Of a DNA stretch of 64,000 nt, positions 1 through 9,938 are shown piece after piece. The notes beneath the pieces were generated by a model that worked only from the letters and a program-made list of their open reading frames with translations, was not told the DNA's origin and did no database searches. Origin of the DNA: Chloroflexia bacterium (GTDB lineage: Bacteria; Chloroflexota; Chloroflexia; DTKN01). Each line of letters opens with the position of its first letter. Positions within the stretch are counted from its first letter, which is position 1. The DNA is taken from NCBI GenBank assembly GCA_049970175.1, contig JBMFNL010000002.1, positions 2,722 through 66,721 on the forward strand, in the 5' to 3' direction. The translations under genes were made by a program, and so were the position numbers.

Positions 1-210
1 CGGTCCGGCGGCCCCCTCCTGCGCGACATCGCCCTCTTCGACGTCTACCGGGGCTCCCCCCTTCCCGAAGGGAAACATAGCCTGGCCTATCGCCTGACCT
101 TCCAGGCTATGGATCGCGTCTTGGTCGAAGAGGAGGTCAACCGCCTGCGGGAGAAAAGGATCGTCCCCGCCCTGGAGCGCGAACTGGGGGCGACGATTCG
201 GGCGAGGTAA
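1..210 (+). CDS. pheT: phenylalanine--tRNA ligase beta subunit, C-terminal fragment (5' end outside the window)
   Basis: Frame-1 translation RSGGPLLRDIALFDVYRG...RLREKRIVPALERELGATIRAR matches the PheT C-terminal FDX-ACB domain; stop TAA at 208-210. Confidence 0.55.
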   Translation, partial: RSGGPLLRDIALFDVYRGSPLPEGKHSLAYRLTFQAMDRVLVEEEVNRLREKRIVPALERELGATIRAR

Positions 211-217
211 GGTCGGG

Positions 218-1510
218 TTGCCCATGGATGTGGACTTGGTGGTTCTCCATGCCGACCAACTTCTGACCCTGGCTTCGCCTTCGGGACCCAAACGTGGGCC
301 GGCTATGGCCGACCCCGGCCTCCTCCCCGATGGTGCCGTGGCCGTGGAGGGGGAGACCATCGTCGCCGTCGGCCCCACGGCCGAAATTCAGGCCGGGTAT
401 CGCGCCCCTACGGTGCTGGAAGCCAAGGGGAAGGTCGTCCTGCCCGGCTTTGTGGATGCCCACACCCACGCCCTCTTCGCCGGCTTCCGGGCCGAGGAAT
501 TCGAAATGCGCCTGCGCGGGGCCACCTACCTGGAGATCATGCGGGCCGGCGGAGGTATCCAGAGCACGGTCAACGCCACCCGCGCCGCCTCCTGGGAGAC
601 GCTCCTTCGGGAGACCCGCTCGCGCCTGGAGAACATGCTGGCCCACGGCACGACCACGGCCGAGGTCAAAACCGGCTATGCCCTGGAGAAAGAGGGCGAA
701 CTGCGCCTGCTCCGGGCCGTCCTGAGCCTGAACCACGACCCCCACCAGGCGTTGGACCTCGTCCCCACCTTCCTGGCCGCCCATGCCGTCCCCCGCGAGT
801 TCCGGGACGATCCCGAAGGCTACGTCCAGATAATCGTGGAGGAGATGCTGCCGGCCGCGGCCGCCCTTTGGGAGGAGGAGACGGCCGGCGAGGAACGGCC
901 GGCCCCCCTCTTCTGCGACGTCTTCTGCGATGAGGGCGCCTTTGACCTCCGGCAATCCCGCCGCATCCTGGAGCGGGCCCGGTCTTGCGGGATGGGCCTG
1001 AAGATTCATGCCGACGAATTTGCCCCGCTGGGGGGGACGGCCCTGGCGGTGGAACTGGGGGCGATTTCGGCGGACCATCTGGTCTGTACCCCCGAGGAGG
1101 AATTGCGGGCCCTGGCCGCCTCCTCTACCGTCGCCGTCTCGCTGCCGGGGACGCCCTTCGGCCTGGGGCAACCCCACTATACCCCGGCGCGCACGATTCT
1201 GGAGGCCGGCGGGGCCCTGGCCCTGGCCACCGACCTCAACCCGGGCACCTGTTACTGCGAATCGATGCCTTTTATCATCGCCCTGGCCTGCCGGACGATG
1301 CGCCTGACGCCCGCCGAAGCCATCGCCGCTGCCACCATCAACGCCGCCCATGCCATCGGCTGGGGAAGGCGCGTGGGCAGCCTGGAGGTGGGCAAGCAGG
1401 CCGATCTCCTCATCCTGGACCTGCCGGACTATCGCCACCTGGCCTACCGCTTCGGGACGAACCCGGTGGAGGTGGTGATCAAAAGAGGCCAGATCGCCTG
1501 GCTTCGCTAA
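218..1510 (+). CDS. hutI: imidazolonepropionase (amidohydrolase superfamily)
   Basis: 430-aa ORF with DAHTHA and KIHADEFAPLGG motifs typical of HutI; no hutH/hutU neighbours. Confidence 0.75.
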   Translation: MPMDVDLVVLHADQLLTLASPSGPKRGPAMADPGLLPDGAVAVEGETIVAVGPTAEIQAGYRAPTVLEAKGKVVLPGFVDAHTHALFAGFRAEEFEMRLRGATYLEIMRAGGGIQSTVNATRAASWETLLRETRSRLENMLAHGTTTAEVKTGYALEKEGELRLLRAVLSLNHDPHQALDLVPTFLAAHAVPREFRDDPEGYVQIIVEEMLPAAAALWEEETAGEERPAPLFCDVFCDEGAFDLRQSRRILERARSCGMGLKIHADEFAPLGGTALAVELGAISADHLVCTPEEELRALAASSTVAVSLPGTPFGLGQPHYTPARTILEAGGALALATDLNPGTCYCESMPFIIALACRTMRLTPAEAIAAATINAAHAIGWGRRVGSLEVGKQADLLILDLPDYRHLAYRFGTNPVEVVIKRGQIAWLR

Positions 1511-1534
1511 TAGCGTCTAGAGCGATATGGCCCT

Positions 1535-1562
1535 TGTGCTTCCCCCGACCCTGTGGTATGAT
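1535..1562 (+). promoter_or_regulatory. putative sigma70-type promoter TTGTGC-N16-TGgTATGAT upstream of plsY
   Basis: Hexamers read directly; the extended -10 TGTGGTATGAT resembles three other promoters in the window. Confidence 0.4.
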
Positions 1563-1613
1563 GTGTGCAGCAGGATGGTTTCCAGGCTTTCCAACAGAGG
1601 AGGAGGTGGCACG

Positions 1614-2306
1614 ATGGTTCGGGATGTCCTGGCCGTTTTGATCGGCTATCTCCTGGGATCGATTCCCACCGCTTACCTGGTGGCCCGCTGGCGGGCCGGG
1701 GTCCACATCCGGTACGTGGGAGAGGGCAACGTCGGGGCGCGCAACGTCTGGCATGTGGTCGGGCCGTTCTGGGGCTTTCTGGTGGGCTTTCTGGACATTC
1801 TGAAGGGCCTGGCCGCCGTACTGCTGGCCTGGGCGCTGGGCGCTTCCCTCTTCGGGGCACTGCTGGCCGGGCCGGCCGCCATCGTCGGGCACGCCTTCCC
1901 TCTGTTCCTCCGCTTTCAAGGGGGCAAGGGGGTCTCGACGACGGCCGGCGTGCTCATCGCCTGGTCGCCCTGGTCTTCCCTCCTGGCCCTGGTCCTCTTC
2001 TTCCTGGCCCAGATGATCCTGCACGACTTTAACCGCAGCATCGTCATCGGCGTCGCCGCCGGAATCCTCCTGCCGCTCGCCTTCGGCAAGGAGTGGTGGC
2101 TGCCCATATACGCCGGCCTCCTCTTTGCCTCCCTGGCCCTGAAGAAGTGGCTGGACCTGGCCCACGAACGGCACGTGTGGGCCACTTCCGGCGGCTGGCA
2201 GGGCGACGCCCGCCCCGGCTGGTATCGCGAGGAAACCTCGCCCGACTTTCCGGAAACCGGGGAACCGGAAGAAATGCAGGAAAAGGAACGGCCATGTTCA
2301 TGCTGA
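1614..2306 (+). CDS. plsY: glycerol-3-phosphate acyltransferase PlsY (paralog 1)
   Basis: Motifs GEGNVGARN, FPLFLRFQGGKGVST and HDFNRS; [16 protein letters not shown] 5 nt upstream of the ATG; C-terminal acidic/Cys tail overlaps the next gene. Confidence 0.8.
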   Translation: MVRDVLAVLIGYLLGSIPTAYLVARWRAGVHIRYVGEGNVGARNVWHVVGPFWGFLVGFLDILKGLAAVLLAWALGASLFGALLAGPAAIVGHAFPLFLRFQGGKGVSTTAGVLIAWSPWSSLLALVLFFLAQMILHDFNRSIVIGVAAGILLPLAFGKEWWLPIYAGLLFASLALKKWLDLAHERHVWATSGGWQGDARPGWYREETSPDFPETGEPEEMQEKERPCSC

Positions 2307-3502
2307 TCTACCACGGCGCCGTCACGCTGATTCTGATCGTCATCTTCATCAACGTTTGGAGGAACCTGCGCTACTTCCAGGAGCCGCCGCTGGAAGGAGA
2401 TCTACCGGACCCGCCACCCCTCGTCTCGGTGCTCCTTCCCGTGCGCAACGAGGAGCGCAACATCGCCGGGTGTCTCTCGGCCCTTCTGGCGCAGGATTAT
2501 CCCCGGCTGGAAATCCTGGTCCTAGACGACGATTCCGGCGACCGGACGGCGGAGATCGCCGCCGAATTTGCCGCTCGGGATGGCCGCATCCGTCTTTTGA
2601 AGGGGGCTACCCTCCCCTCCGGCTGGCACGGCAAGGCTTTTGCCTGCCACCAACTGGCCCGAGAGGCCCGGGGGGAATGGCTGCTCTTTGTGGACGCCGA
2701 CGCCCGGCTGGCCCCCAACGCCGTCTCGGCCTCGCTGCGGGCCGCCCTGCAGGAGGAGGGCGACCTCCTGACCTACCTGCCCTACCTGCCTACCGGAACC
2801 TTCTGGGAAAAGGTGCTCATGCCGATGGTGGCCTTTTTCCCCTTTTTCCTCCTGCCGATGCGGCAGATTTCCCGTAGCCGCAGTCCCCTCTTCTCGATGG
2901 CCTTTGGGCCGTTTATGTTCTTCCGGGCCTCGATCTATCGGGAGATCGGCGGCCACGAGGCAGTGCGCCAGCAGATCACCGAGGATATGGCCCTGGGGCG
3001 ACTGGTGAAGCAGCGCGGCGGCCGGCTCCTTCTCCTGGACGGGACACGGGTGGTCGCCGTGCGCTTTTATCATAACCTGTGGGAAATCTGGCGTGGCCTG
3101 GCCAAGAGCGCCTATGGGGCCCTGGATATCCCCCTGGTGGGATGGTTGGGCATCCTGGGGGCCGGCTTCCTCATCTTTGTCGAGCCCAACGTGCGCCTGC
3201 TCCTGGCCCTGCGCAGCGGCGACCTGGGGTTGCTCTCCTTCGCCCTGCCCCTCTTCCAGAGCGGGATGATGTGGCTGGCCCGCTGGAAAGTAGCCCAACG
3301 CCTGCGCATGGAGCGCTGGCCCTCTTTCCTCCATGCCCTGATGATCTGTGGAGCCATCGTCATTGTCCTTTCCTCCATTGCCCAGAACTATCTGGGGTTG
3401 GGCACGCCCTGGAAGGGGCGCATCTATACCTTCTCCGAAGATGAGGTGCTCGTGCATCGCGAGGTGGAGGAGGAGCCGCCGGTGGAGACGCCGGTGAGGT
3501 AA
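2294..3502 (+). CDS. family 2 glycosyltransferase (membrane, CrtQ/lipid-glycosyltransferase-like)
   Basis: LLPVRNEE...LVLDDDSGD DxD-type GT2 core followed by TM helices; start overlaps the plsY tail. Confidence 0.65.
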   Translation: MFMLIYHGAVTLILIVIFINVWRNLRYFQEPPLEGDLPDPPPLVSVLLPVRNEERNIAGCLSALLAQDYPRLEILVLDDDSGDRTAEIAAEFAARDGRIRLLKGATLPSGWHGKAFACHQLAREARGEWLLFVDADARLAPNAVSASLRAALQEEGDLLTYLPYLPTGTFWEKVLMPMVAFFPFFLLPMRQISRSRSPLFSMAFGPFMFFRASIYREIGGHEAVRQQITEDMALGRLVKQRGGRLLLLDGTRVVAVRFYHNLWEIWRGLAKSAYGALDIPLVGWLGILGAGFLIFVEPNVRLLLALRSGDLGLLSFALPLFQSGMMWLARWKVAQRLRMERWPSFLHALMICGAIVIVLSSIAQNYLGLGTPWKGRIYTFSEDEVLVHREVEEEPPVETPVR

Positions 3503-3505
3503 GCG

Positions 3506-4192
3506 GTGGATGGTTCATCCGATTACACGCCTCGTCCTCCCCGAAAATCCGGCAAGCGGACCGGGCCGGGGCCGGACTACACGCCCCGGCCGGCCCGGCG
3601 GGAACGCCCCGGCCGGCCCTCTTTATCCTCCCGGCCGGCCCGGAAGGGGAAAGGGCGCTTCCTGGGCAGCAAGGCCTTCTGGCGGCTGGCCGCCGTAGTC
3701 GGACTGGTCATCCTGGTCGGCGTGCCGGTGCTGGCCGACCTGATGCAGGGTCGGGGCGGGGAGGTCGCGGATTTCGACGGCTTGGTATCCCAGGGCCATG
3801 CCTACTACGAAGAGGCTCTGCGGGCGTGGGACCAGGGCGACCGGACCCGGGCTGCCCGGATGTTCGCCGGGGCGGCCGATTCCTACGAACGCGCCCTAAC
3901 CCTCCGGCCGGCCGATGCCGACGTAAGAACCGAACTGGGGACGGTTTACTACTATCAGGGCGTCCTGGAAGACAACCCCTCCCGGGTGGAAAAGGCCGTC
4001 CAAGCCTGGCAGACCGCCCTTTCCTATGAACCGGACCTGCCTCGGGCCCTCCTCAACCTGGGCGTGGGCTACACCTACCTGGGCCGGAAGGAGGAAGCGG
4101 TGGCCCTCTGGCAAAGGGTGATCGAGGTGGCTCCGGATGCGCCCGAGGCCCAGGAAGCCCGGCGCCTGCTGGAGGAATACGGGACTCCGTAG
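3506..4192 (+). CDS. TPR-repeat membrane protein, hypothetical
   Basis: Basic Pro-rich N-terminus, one TM helix, TPR-like AYYEEALRAWDQGD...ALLNLGVGYTYLGRKEEAVALWQR; start (GTG 3506) uncertain. Confidence 0.4.
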   Translation: MDGSSDYTPRPPRKSGKRTGPGPDYTPRPARRERPGRPSLSSRPARKGKGRFLGSKAFWRLAAVVGLVILVGVPVLADLMQGRGGEVADFDGLVSQGHAYYEEALRAWDQGDRTRAARMFAGAADSYERALTLRPADADVRTELGTVYYYQGVLEDNPSRVEKAVQAWQTALSYEPDLPRALLNLGVGYTYLGRKEEAVALWQRVIEVAPDAPEAQEARRLLEEYGTP

Positions 4193-4206
4193 GTCGGGAA
4201 GCCGGG

Positions 4207-4833
4207 ATGCCTCCGACACTGGAAGAGGAAATGCGACTGCTCGGACTGGGGCTTCTGCCGGCCGCCGGGTTGGACGAGGTGGGCCGGGGCTGCTGGGCCG
4301 GCCCGCTGGTGGCGGCGGCGGTGGTGCTTCCGGTGGAGGCACTGGTCCTTTGCCCGGAGCGGTTGTCCGGGGTGGACGATTCCAAACGCCTGAGCGCCCG
4401 CCGGCGGGAAGTCCTGGCCGGCCGCATCTACGAGGTGGCCCTGGGCGTGGGCCTCGGCGTGGTTTCGCCGGCCCTGGTGGATGCCCTGGGCATCGTGCGG
4501 GCCACCGGCCTGGCCATGCGCCGGGCGCTGGCCCGCCTGCCCCTGGTGCCGCGTTTCCTCCTGGTGGACGGTCGGACGGCCCTGGACCTGCCTTTTCCCC
4601 AGCGCCTGCTCGTCCGGGGGGATGCCCGCTGCCTCTCCATCGCCGCCGCTTCCATCGTCGCCAAGGTCTATCGGGACCGCTGGATGGTCGCCTGGGCCGA
4701 ACGTTACCCCCTCTACGGCTTTGAAAAGCACAAGGGATACGGGACGGCCGGCCACCGCCGTGCCCTGGAGCGCTGGGGGCCGTGCCCGCTGCACCGGCGT
4801 TCTTTCTCCCCGGTTCGGGCGCTGGGGCGCTAG
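4207..4833 (+). CDS. rnhB: ribonuclease HII
   Basis: DEVGRGCWAGPLVAAAVVL motif and DDSKRL typical of RNase HII. Confidence 0.8.
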   Translation: MPPTLEEEMRLLGLGLLPAAGLDEVGRGCWAGPLVAAAVVLPVEALVLCPERLSGVDDSKRLSARRREVLAGRIYEVALGVGLGVVSPALVDALGIVRATGLAMRRALARLPLVPRFLLVDGRTALDLPFPQRLLVRGDARCLSIAAASIVAKVYRDRWMVAWAERYPLYGFEKHKGYGTAGHRRALERWGPCPLHRRSFSPVRALGR

Positions 4834-5702
4834 AGGTACTTCCCCAGCAGGAGGGCCAGTTTCTCCTTTTCCTCGGCCGGCATAGCTTCGGGTGCGGTGA
4901 CGATGGCGTTCTCCAGGGCCTCGGCGCAGGGGCAATCGCGGGGGCCGTCCAGGAGAGGCAGGGCGCCCCGGATGACTTGCTGGGCCATGGCCGTGTTCCG
5001 GCGCAGGTTCTCCAGGATCATCTCCACGGTGACCACGCCCTCGCTTTCGTGCCAGACGTCGTAATCGGTGACCAGGGCCAGGGTGGCATAGCAGAGTTCG
5101 GCCTCGCGGGCCAGTTTGGCCTCCGGCAGCGCCGTCATGCCGATCACGTCCACTCCCCACTGGCGGTAGATGCGCGACTCGGCCTTGGTGGAAAAGGCCG
5201 GCCCCTCGATGCAGATATAGGTGCCGCCCATATGCACACGCCCGCCGGCCTGGACGGCCGCCTGGTAGAGGGCCCGGCTGAGGTGGGGGCAGGTGGGCCG
5301 GTCGAAGGAGATGTGCACGGCGATGCCCCGCCCGAAGAAGGTCGTCGGCCGGCCGTGGGTACGGTCCACATACTGGTCGGGGATGACGATATCCAGGGGG
5401 CGAATCTCCTCCCGCATGCTGCCTACGGCGCTCACGGAGATGACGCGCTCCACTCCCAGCGACTTCAGGGCATAGATGTTGGCCCGCACCGGCACCTCGC
5501 CGGGGATGAAGCGGTGGCCGGGACCGTGGCGGGCCAGGAAAGCCACCCGCCGGCCTTCCAGCCGCCCCAGGACGATGGGGGCGCTGGGGGAACCGAAAGG
5601 CGTCTCCACCTCGACCTCACGGGCTTCCTCCAGGCCGGCCATCCGGTAGAGCCCGGTGCCGCCGATGATGCCGATCTCTGCCTCGGCCATAGCAACCTCC
5701 AC
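4830..5702 (-). CDS. mtnP: S-methyl-5'-thioadenosine phosphorylase
   Basis: IGIIGGTGLY...GMTALPEAKLAREAELCYATLALVTDYD; PNP/MTAP family. Confidence 0.8.
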   Translation of the reverse strand: MEVAMAEAEIGIIGGTGLYRMAGLEEAREVEVETPFGSPSAPIVLGRLEGRRVAFLARHGPGHRFIPGEVPVRANIYALKSLGVERVISVSAVGSMREEIRPLDIVIPDQYVDRTHGRPTTFFGRGIAVHISFDRPTCPHLSRALYQAAVQAGGRVHMGGTYICIEGPAFSTKAESRIYRQWGVDVIGMTALPEAKLAREAELCYATLALVTDYDVWHESEGVVTVEMILENLRRNTAMAQQVIRGALPLLDGPRDCPCAEALENAIVTAPEAMPAEEKEKLALLLGKYL

Positions 5703-5711
5703 CGCAAATCA

Positions 5712-7085
5712 CTACGAGGGTGGTGTTCCCACGCACAGTTCCCGGATGATCTCCCGGGCGATCTGGATTCCCAGCACCAGATTGGCCAAGGAGATGCGTT
5801 CGTCGATGCCGTGTGCCCGGCTGATGTCGTCCGGATCCAGGACCGTCGGGCCGAAGCCGTAGGTGGGATAGCCGCGCTGGCGGAAGTAGCGCCCGTCGGT
5901 CGCGCCGGTCATCAGCAGGGGAAAGACGGTGCTGCCGGGCACGTAGCGTTCGACGGCCCGCGCTACGGCCCGGTAGAAGGCGCTGTCCAGGGGGGACACG
6001 CCGGAGGGAGGATAACTTTCCATCACCTCGACCCGAACCCGCCCATCGGCGATCCGTTCCTGTAGCCAGCGATGGAACTCGGCGGCGTCGGTATCCGGGA
6101 GCAGCCGGCAGTCGATCTCGGCCTCGGCCCGCTCCGGGATGACGTTGACCTTGTACCCGGCCCGCAGCACCGTGAGGCTGATGGTGTCGCGCAACATGGC
6201 GTTGAGCCATTTATCGGCCGAGAGGCGCCGGCCGGCCAGGCGCAGGAACAGGGGATGGGCCAGGAAGCGGACGAGGGAGCGCGGGAACTTTTGCCCTCGT
6301 CCCAGGGCGCGGAACATCTCCGCGGTGACCGAATTCAGGCGCATCGGACGGGGGCTGGAGAGGATGCGCTCCAGGGCCTGGAGCAGCGTGACGCAAGCGT
6401 TGTCTGCATGGGGCATCGAGCCGTGGCCGGGCGTTCCCGTGGCGGTCAGCCGCAGGTGCTGAATCTGGCGCTCCACAACGGCGATGCCGAAAAAGGTGCC
6501 CTCGCCGAAGATGCCCCGGATGCCTCCTCCCCCCTCGTCCCACACCCAGGCCGGATCCAGTTCGGCCAGATGCTGCTCCACCAGCCAGCGCATGCCCTGC
6601 TTGCCGCCGGTCTCTTCATCGGGGACGGCCAGGAAGATGACCGGGCGGCGGAAGGTCGCGCCCTCTTTCAGGAGTTCCTGAAGCGCCAGCATAAAGATGA
6701 CGCCGAGGTACTTGGTATCCAGCGTGCCCCGTCCCCAGACGAAGCCGTCGGATACGATGCCGGCGAAAGGGGGATGGGTCCACCGGTCGGGGTCGGCGGC
6801 TACCACATCCATGTGATGGTTGAGGAGGAGCGGCTTGAGCGGCTCGCTGCCGGGGATACGGGCGATGAGCAGTCCACGGTTGGGGGCCGGCTCGTAGAGG
6901 GTCACCTCCGAGATTCCCCGGCGCACCAGTTCGTCGCGCAGCCATTCGGCGGCCGGCAGTTCGTTCCCCGGCGGGTTGGTGGTATCGAATTGGACATAGC
7001 GGCTCAGTGTGACCGCGGCATCCGTGCCAAGGGCTTCCCAATCGGGCGCATAGGGCATGAGGGCCTCACTTTCTCCCGGGTTCAA
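5712..7085 (-). CDS. M20 family metallopeptidase (dipeptidase/ArgE/DapE-like)
   Basis: HMDVV...GRGTLDTKY...AVPDEETGG motifs; start may be the downstream Met at 7058. Confidence 0.7.
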   Translation of the reverse strand: MNPGESEALMPYAPDWEALGTDAAVTLSRYVQFDTTNPPGNELPAAEWLRDELVRRGISEVTLYEPAPNRGLLIARIPGSEPLKPLLLNHHMDVVAADPDRWTHPPFAGIVSDGFVWGRGTLDTKYLGVIFMLALQELLKEGATFRRPVIFLAVPDEETGGKQGMRWLVEQHLAELDPAWVWDEGGGGIRGIFGEGTFFGIAVVERQIQHLRLTATGTPGHGSMPHADNACVTLLQALERILSSPRPMRLNSVTAEMFRALGRGQKFPRSLVRFLAHPLFLRLAGRRLSADKWLNAMLRDTISLTVLRAGYKVNVIPERAEAEIDCRLLPDTDAAEFHRWLQERIADGRVRVEVMESYPPSGVSPLDSAFYRAVARAVERYVPGSTVFPLLMTGATDGRYFRQRGYPTYGFGPTVLDPDDISRAHGIDERISLANLVLGIQIAREIIRELCVGTPPS

Positions 7086-8284
7086 TCGCTGGCCATGATG
7101 AACAGGGGCTGCAACTGAAAACTGGTGTATTGGGGACGCAACCGTTCGGTGTTGTAGTAGCGCTCCACGTCCACCACCTTTTTGGAACTGATGACCACCT
7201 CAATGGGCACGTTGTCATAGCGCCCGTTCTTCAGGACCACCAGCCGGCCGTGGATGCCCTTCAGGATGAGGTCGAGGGCCAGGTTGCCGTAGGCCATCGG
7301 GACGATGGAGTCGATGGCGTCCGGGTCGCCTCCCCGCACCATATAGCCCAGCCGCTGGGTCACGCACTCGACCGTCTGGCCGTTGTTGTACCGGGGCGAG
7401 AGTTCCTTGAGTTTCGCCGCCACCAGGTCGCCGATGCCTCCCAGTTTGGCATGCCCATAGGCATCGCGGGTCATATCCTGGAAGACCATCTCCCCGCCCT
7501 CGAACATGGCCCCCTCCGAGACCAGCACCACAGAGTAACGGCTGGGGTTGCGGCGGCGGTCTTCGGAGAGGAGTTCCGTCAGCCGTTCGATGCTAAACTT
7601 GTACTCGGGGATGACGCAGCGGTTGGCCGCGCCGGCCATCGTGGGCAGCATCGCGGTAAAGCCCGCGTAGCGGCCGAATACCTCCATCACCAGGAAACGT
7701 TCGTGGGAGCCGGCGATGGTACGCAGGATGTTGCTCATCTGGATGGTGCGGGTCACGCAGGTGCTGAAGCCGATGCAATAGTCCGTCCCGGGAACGTCGT
7801 TGTCCATCGTCTTGGGGATGGCCACGATCTTGACCCCCTCCCGGTAGAGCCGCACCGCGTAACTGAGGGTGTCGTCGCCGCCGATGGGGATGAGGTAGTC
7901 AATGCCCAGGAAGTCGAGGTTCTTGAGCACCTCCGGGGTCAGGTCGTTCTTTTCTGCGGTATAGACATCCTGCAGGTGTTCCGGAACGTCTTTTTGGAGA
8001 ACCTGGGCCGGGTTGGTGCGCGAGGTATGGAGAAAGGTGCCGCCGGTGCGTCCCACCTTGTTGACAATCTCCTCGGTGAGCACCTGATAATTGTTGCTGT
8101 TGTCGGCCTTTTCATCCCGGATGATATCAATGGCACCGGCCCAGCCCCGGCGGATGCCGATCACCCGAAAGCCCTCGCGGAGGGCCCGGATGGTAACGGC
8201 CCGGATGGCCGGGTTCAGGCCGGGAACGTCGCCGCCGCCGGTCAGGATGCCGATCGTACCCCGAATGCGATTGACATTGGCCAT
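7082..8284 (-). CDS. pfkA: 6-phosphofructokinase (ATP- or PPi-dependent)
   Basis: GILTGGGDVPGLN, IPIGGDDT and PKTMDNDV motifs; start MANVNRIRG with RBS GGAGGTG. Confidence 0.8.
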   Translation of the reverse strand: MANVNRIRGTIGILTGGGDVPGLNPAIRAVTIRALREGFRVIGIRRGWAGAIDIIRDEKADNSNNYQVLTEEIVNKVGRTGGTFLHTSRTNPAQVLQKDVPEHLQDVYTAEKNDLTPEVLKNLDFLGIDYLIPIGGDDTLSYAVRLYREGVKIVAIPKTMDNDVPGTDYCIGFSTCVTRTIQMSNILRTIAGSHERFLVMEVFGRYAGFTAMLPTMAGAANRCVIPEYKFSIERLTELLSEDRRRNPSRYSVVLVSEGAMFEGGEMVFQDMTRDAYGHAKLGGIGDLVAAKLKELSPRYNNGQTVECVTQRLGYMVRGGDPDAIDSIVPMAYGNLALDLILKGIHGRLVVLKNGRYDNVPIEVVISSKKVVDVERYYNTERLRPQYTSFQLQPLFIMASD

Positions 8285-8320
8285 ATCCCACCTCCTCGCA
8301 GGGTAAGAAGAACAAAAATT

Positions 8321-8349
8321 ATTATAGCACGCGGGAGGTTGTTTTTCAA
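8321..8349 (-). promoter_or_regulatory. putative promoter TTGAAA-N17-TATAAT for pfk
   Basis: Minus-strand reading TTGAAAAACAACCTCCCGCGTGCTATAAT located upstream of the pfk RBS. Confidence 0.45.
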
Positions 8350-8385
8350 ATGGACTACAAACATGCATCCACAGCCCTGGCACAG

Positions 8386-8414
8386 TTGCGCGGCCCGATA
8401 GAACGGTGTACAAT
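8386..8414 (+). promoter_or_regulatory. putative promoter TTGCGC-N17-TACAAT for radA
   Basis: The TACAATAGAA -10 context is shared with the dnaX and pdxS promoters. Confidence 0.4.
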
Positions 8415-8524
8415 AGAAAGCCGGGTATATCCGTTATCTATGGCGGAGTTTTGGCCAGGGAGGGCCTGGCGGAGCGGCCACCGATGCATTCGTTGGAGCC
8501 GCTGCCTGGAAATGAGGTGAGACG

Positions 8525-9892
8525 ATGCCCAGGACACGCACCGTTTACGTCTGCCAGCAGTGCGGCTATCAGTCCTCCCGCTGGATGGGCCGCTGTCCGG
8601 AGTGCCAGGCCTGGGATTCCCTGGTGGAGACGCCGCTGGGGGAGGAGGAACGCCGGGGGGCGACCCCGGTTTCCCTGGCCGGCGCTCCTCAGCCTTTGCC
8701 GATCACCGAAATTTCCACCGACGGTTACGAGCGCATCCCCATCCCCCTGGGCGAGTTCAGCCGCGTGTTGGGCGGCGGCATCGTCCCGGGGTCGCTCGTC
8801 CTGATGAGCGGCGATCCCGGCATCGGCAAGAGCACCATGCTGAGCCAGGTGGCCGCTCTGGTAGCCGAACAGGGAGACGTCGTCCTCTACGTCTCGGCGG
8901 AGGAATCGGCCCAGCAGGTCAAGTTGCGTGCCCGCCGGCTGGGCCGGATGCCTCCTACCCTCTACGTCCTTTCCGAGACCAATCTGGACCGCATCCTCCA
9001 GCACATCGAGCGGATGAATCCGGCCCTGGTCGTGGTGGATTCGATCCAGTCGGTCTACCTGGAGGCGCTGGAATCGGCCGCCGGAAGCGTCAGCCAGGTG
9101 CGCGAGGGAGCGGCCATCCTGATGCGCCTGGCCAAGGAGCGCAACATCCCCATCTTCCTGGTGGGGCACGTGACCAAGAGCGGGGCCATCGCCGGCCCGC
9201 GCGTCCTGGAACACATCGTGGACACGGTGCTCTACCTGGAGGGCGACCGCTTCCACCAGTACCGCCTGCTGCGCAGCGTGAAGAACCGCTTTGGCTCCAC
9301 CTTCGAGGTCGGCGTCTTTGAGATGAGCGCCGAGGGCTTGCGGGAGGTGGAAAATCCCTCCCAGGCCTTCCTGGCCGAGCGCTCCCCCTCCACCCCGGGC
9401 TCCACCGTCGTGGTCACGATGGAGGGCACCCGCCCCATCCTGGTGGAGGTGCAGGCCCTCACCGCCACCTCTTCCCTGGCCCTGCCCCGGCGCACGGCCA
9501 ACGGCATCGAACTGGGCCGGCTGCTCCTTCTGGTGGCCGTGCTTTCCAAGCGCGTCGGCCTGACGCTGGGCAACCAGGACATCTACGTCAACGTGGTCGG
9601 GGGGATGCGCATCCATGAGCCGGCCGCGGATCTGGCCGTGGCCACGGCCATCGCCTCCGTCTTTCGCAACGCCCCGGTGGATCCGGAGATGGTGCTGATC
9701 GGGGAGATCGGCCTCTCCGGGGAACTGCGCAGCGTCGGCCAGTTGGAGCGGCGGCTGGCCGAAGCGGCCAAACTCGGCTTCAAGCGTTCGCTCTACCCCC
9801 GCGTCTCGCGCAAACCGAACGTGCCGGAGGGCTTTGAACTGATCGGGGTGCGCTCGGTAGCCGAGGCGCTGGACGTGGCCCTGCAGCGGTGA
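8525..9892 (+). CDS. radA: DNA repair protein RadA/Sms
   Basis: N-terminal CQQCGY...CPEC zinc ribbon, Walker A GDPGIGKST, Lon-like C-terminal domain. Confidence 0.85.
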   Translation: MPRTRTVYVCQQCGYQSSRWMGRCPECQAWDSLVETPLGEEERRGATPVSLAGAPQPLPITEISTDGYERIPIPLGEFSRVLGGGIVPGSLVLMSGDPGIGKSTMLSQVAALVAEQGDVVLYVSAEESAQQVKLRARRLGRMPPTLYVLSETNLDRILQHIERMNPALVVVDSIQSVYLEALESAAGSVSQVREGAAILMRLAKERNIPIFLVGHVTKSGAIAGPRVLEHIVDTVLYLEGDRFHQYRLLRSVKNRFGSTFEVGVFEMSAEGLREVENPSQAFLAERSPSTPGSTVVVTMEGTRPILVEVQALTATSSLALPRRTANGIELGRLLLLVAVLSKRVGLTLGNQDIYVNVVGGMRIHEPAADLAVATAIASVFRNAPVDPEMVLIGEIGLSGELRSVGQLERRLAEAAKLGFKRSLYPRVSRKPNVPEGFELIGVRSVAEALDVALQR

Positions 9893-9938
9893 TGGACGGG
9901 GCGTTTCGCGAAGCGCTCCTTGCTCGCCGGAGGAAGAG

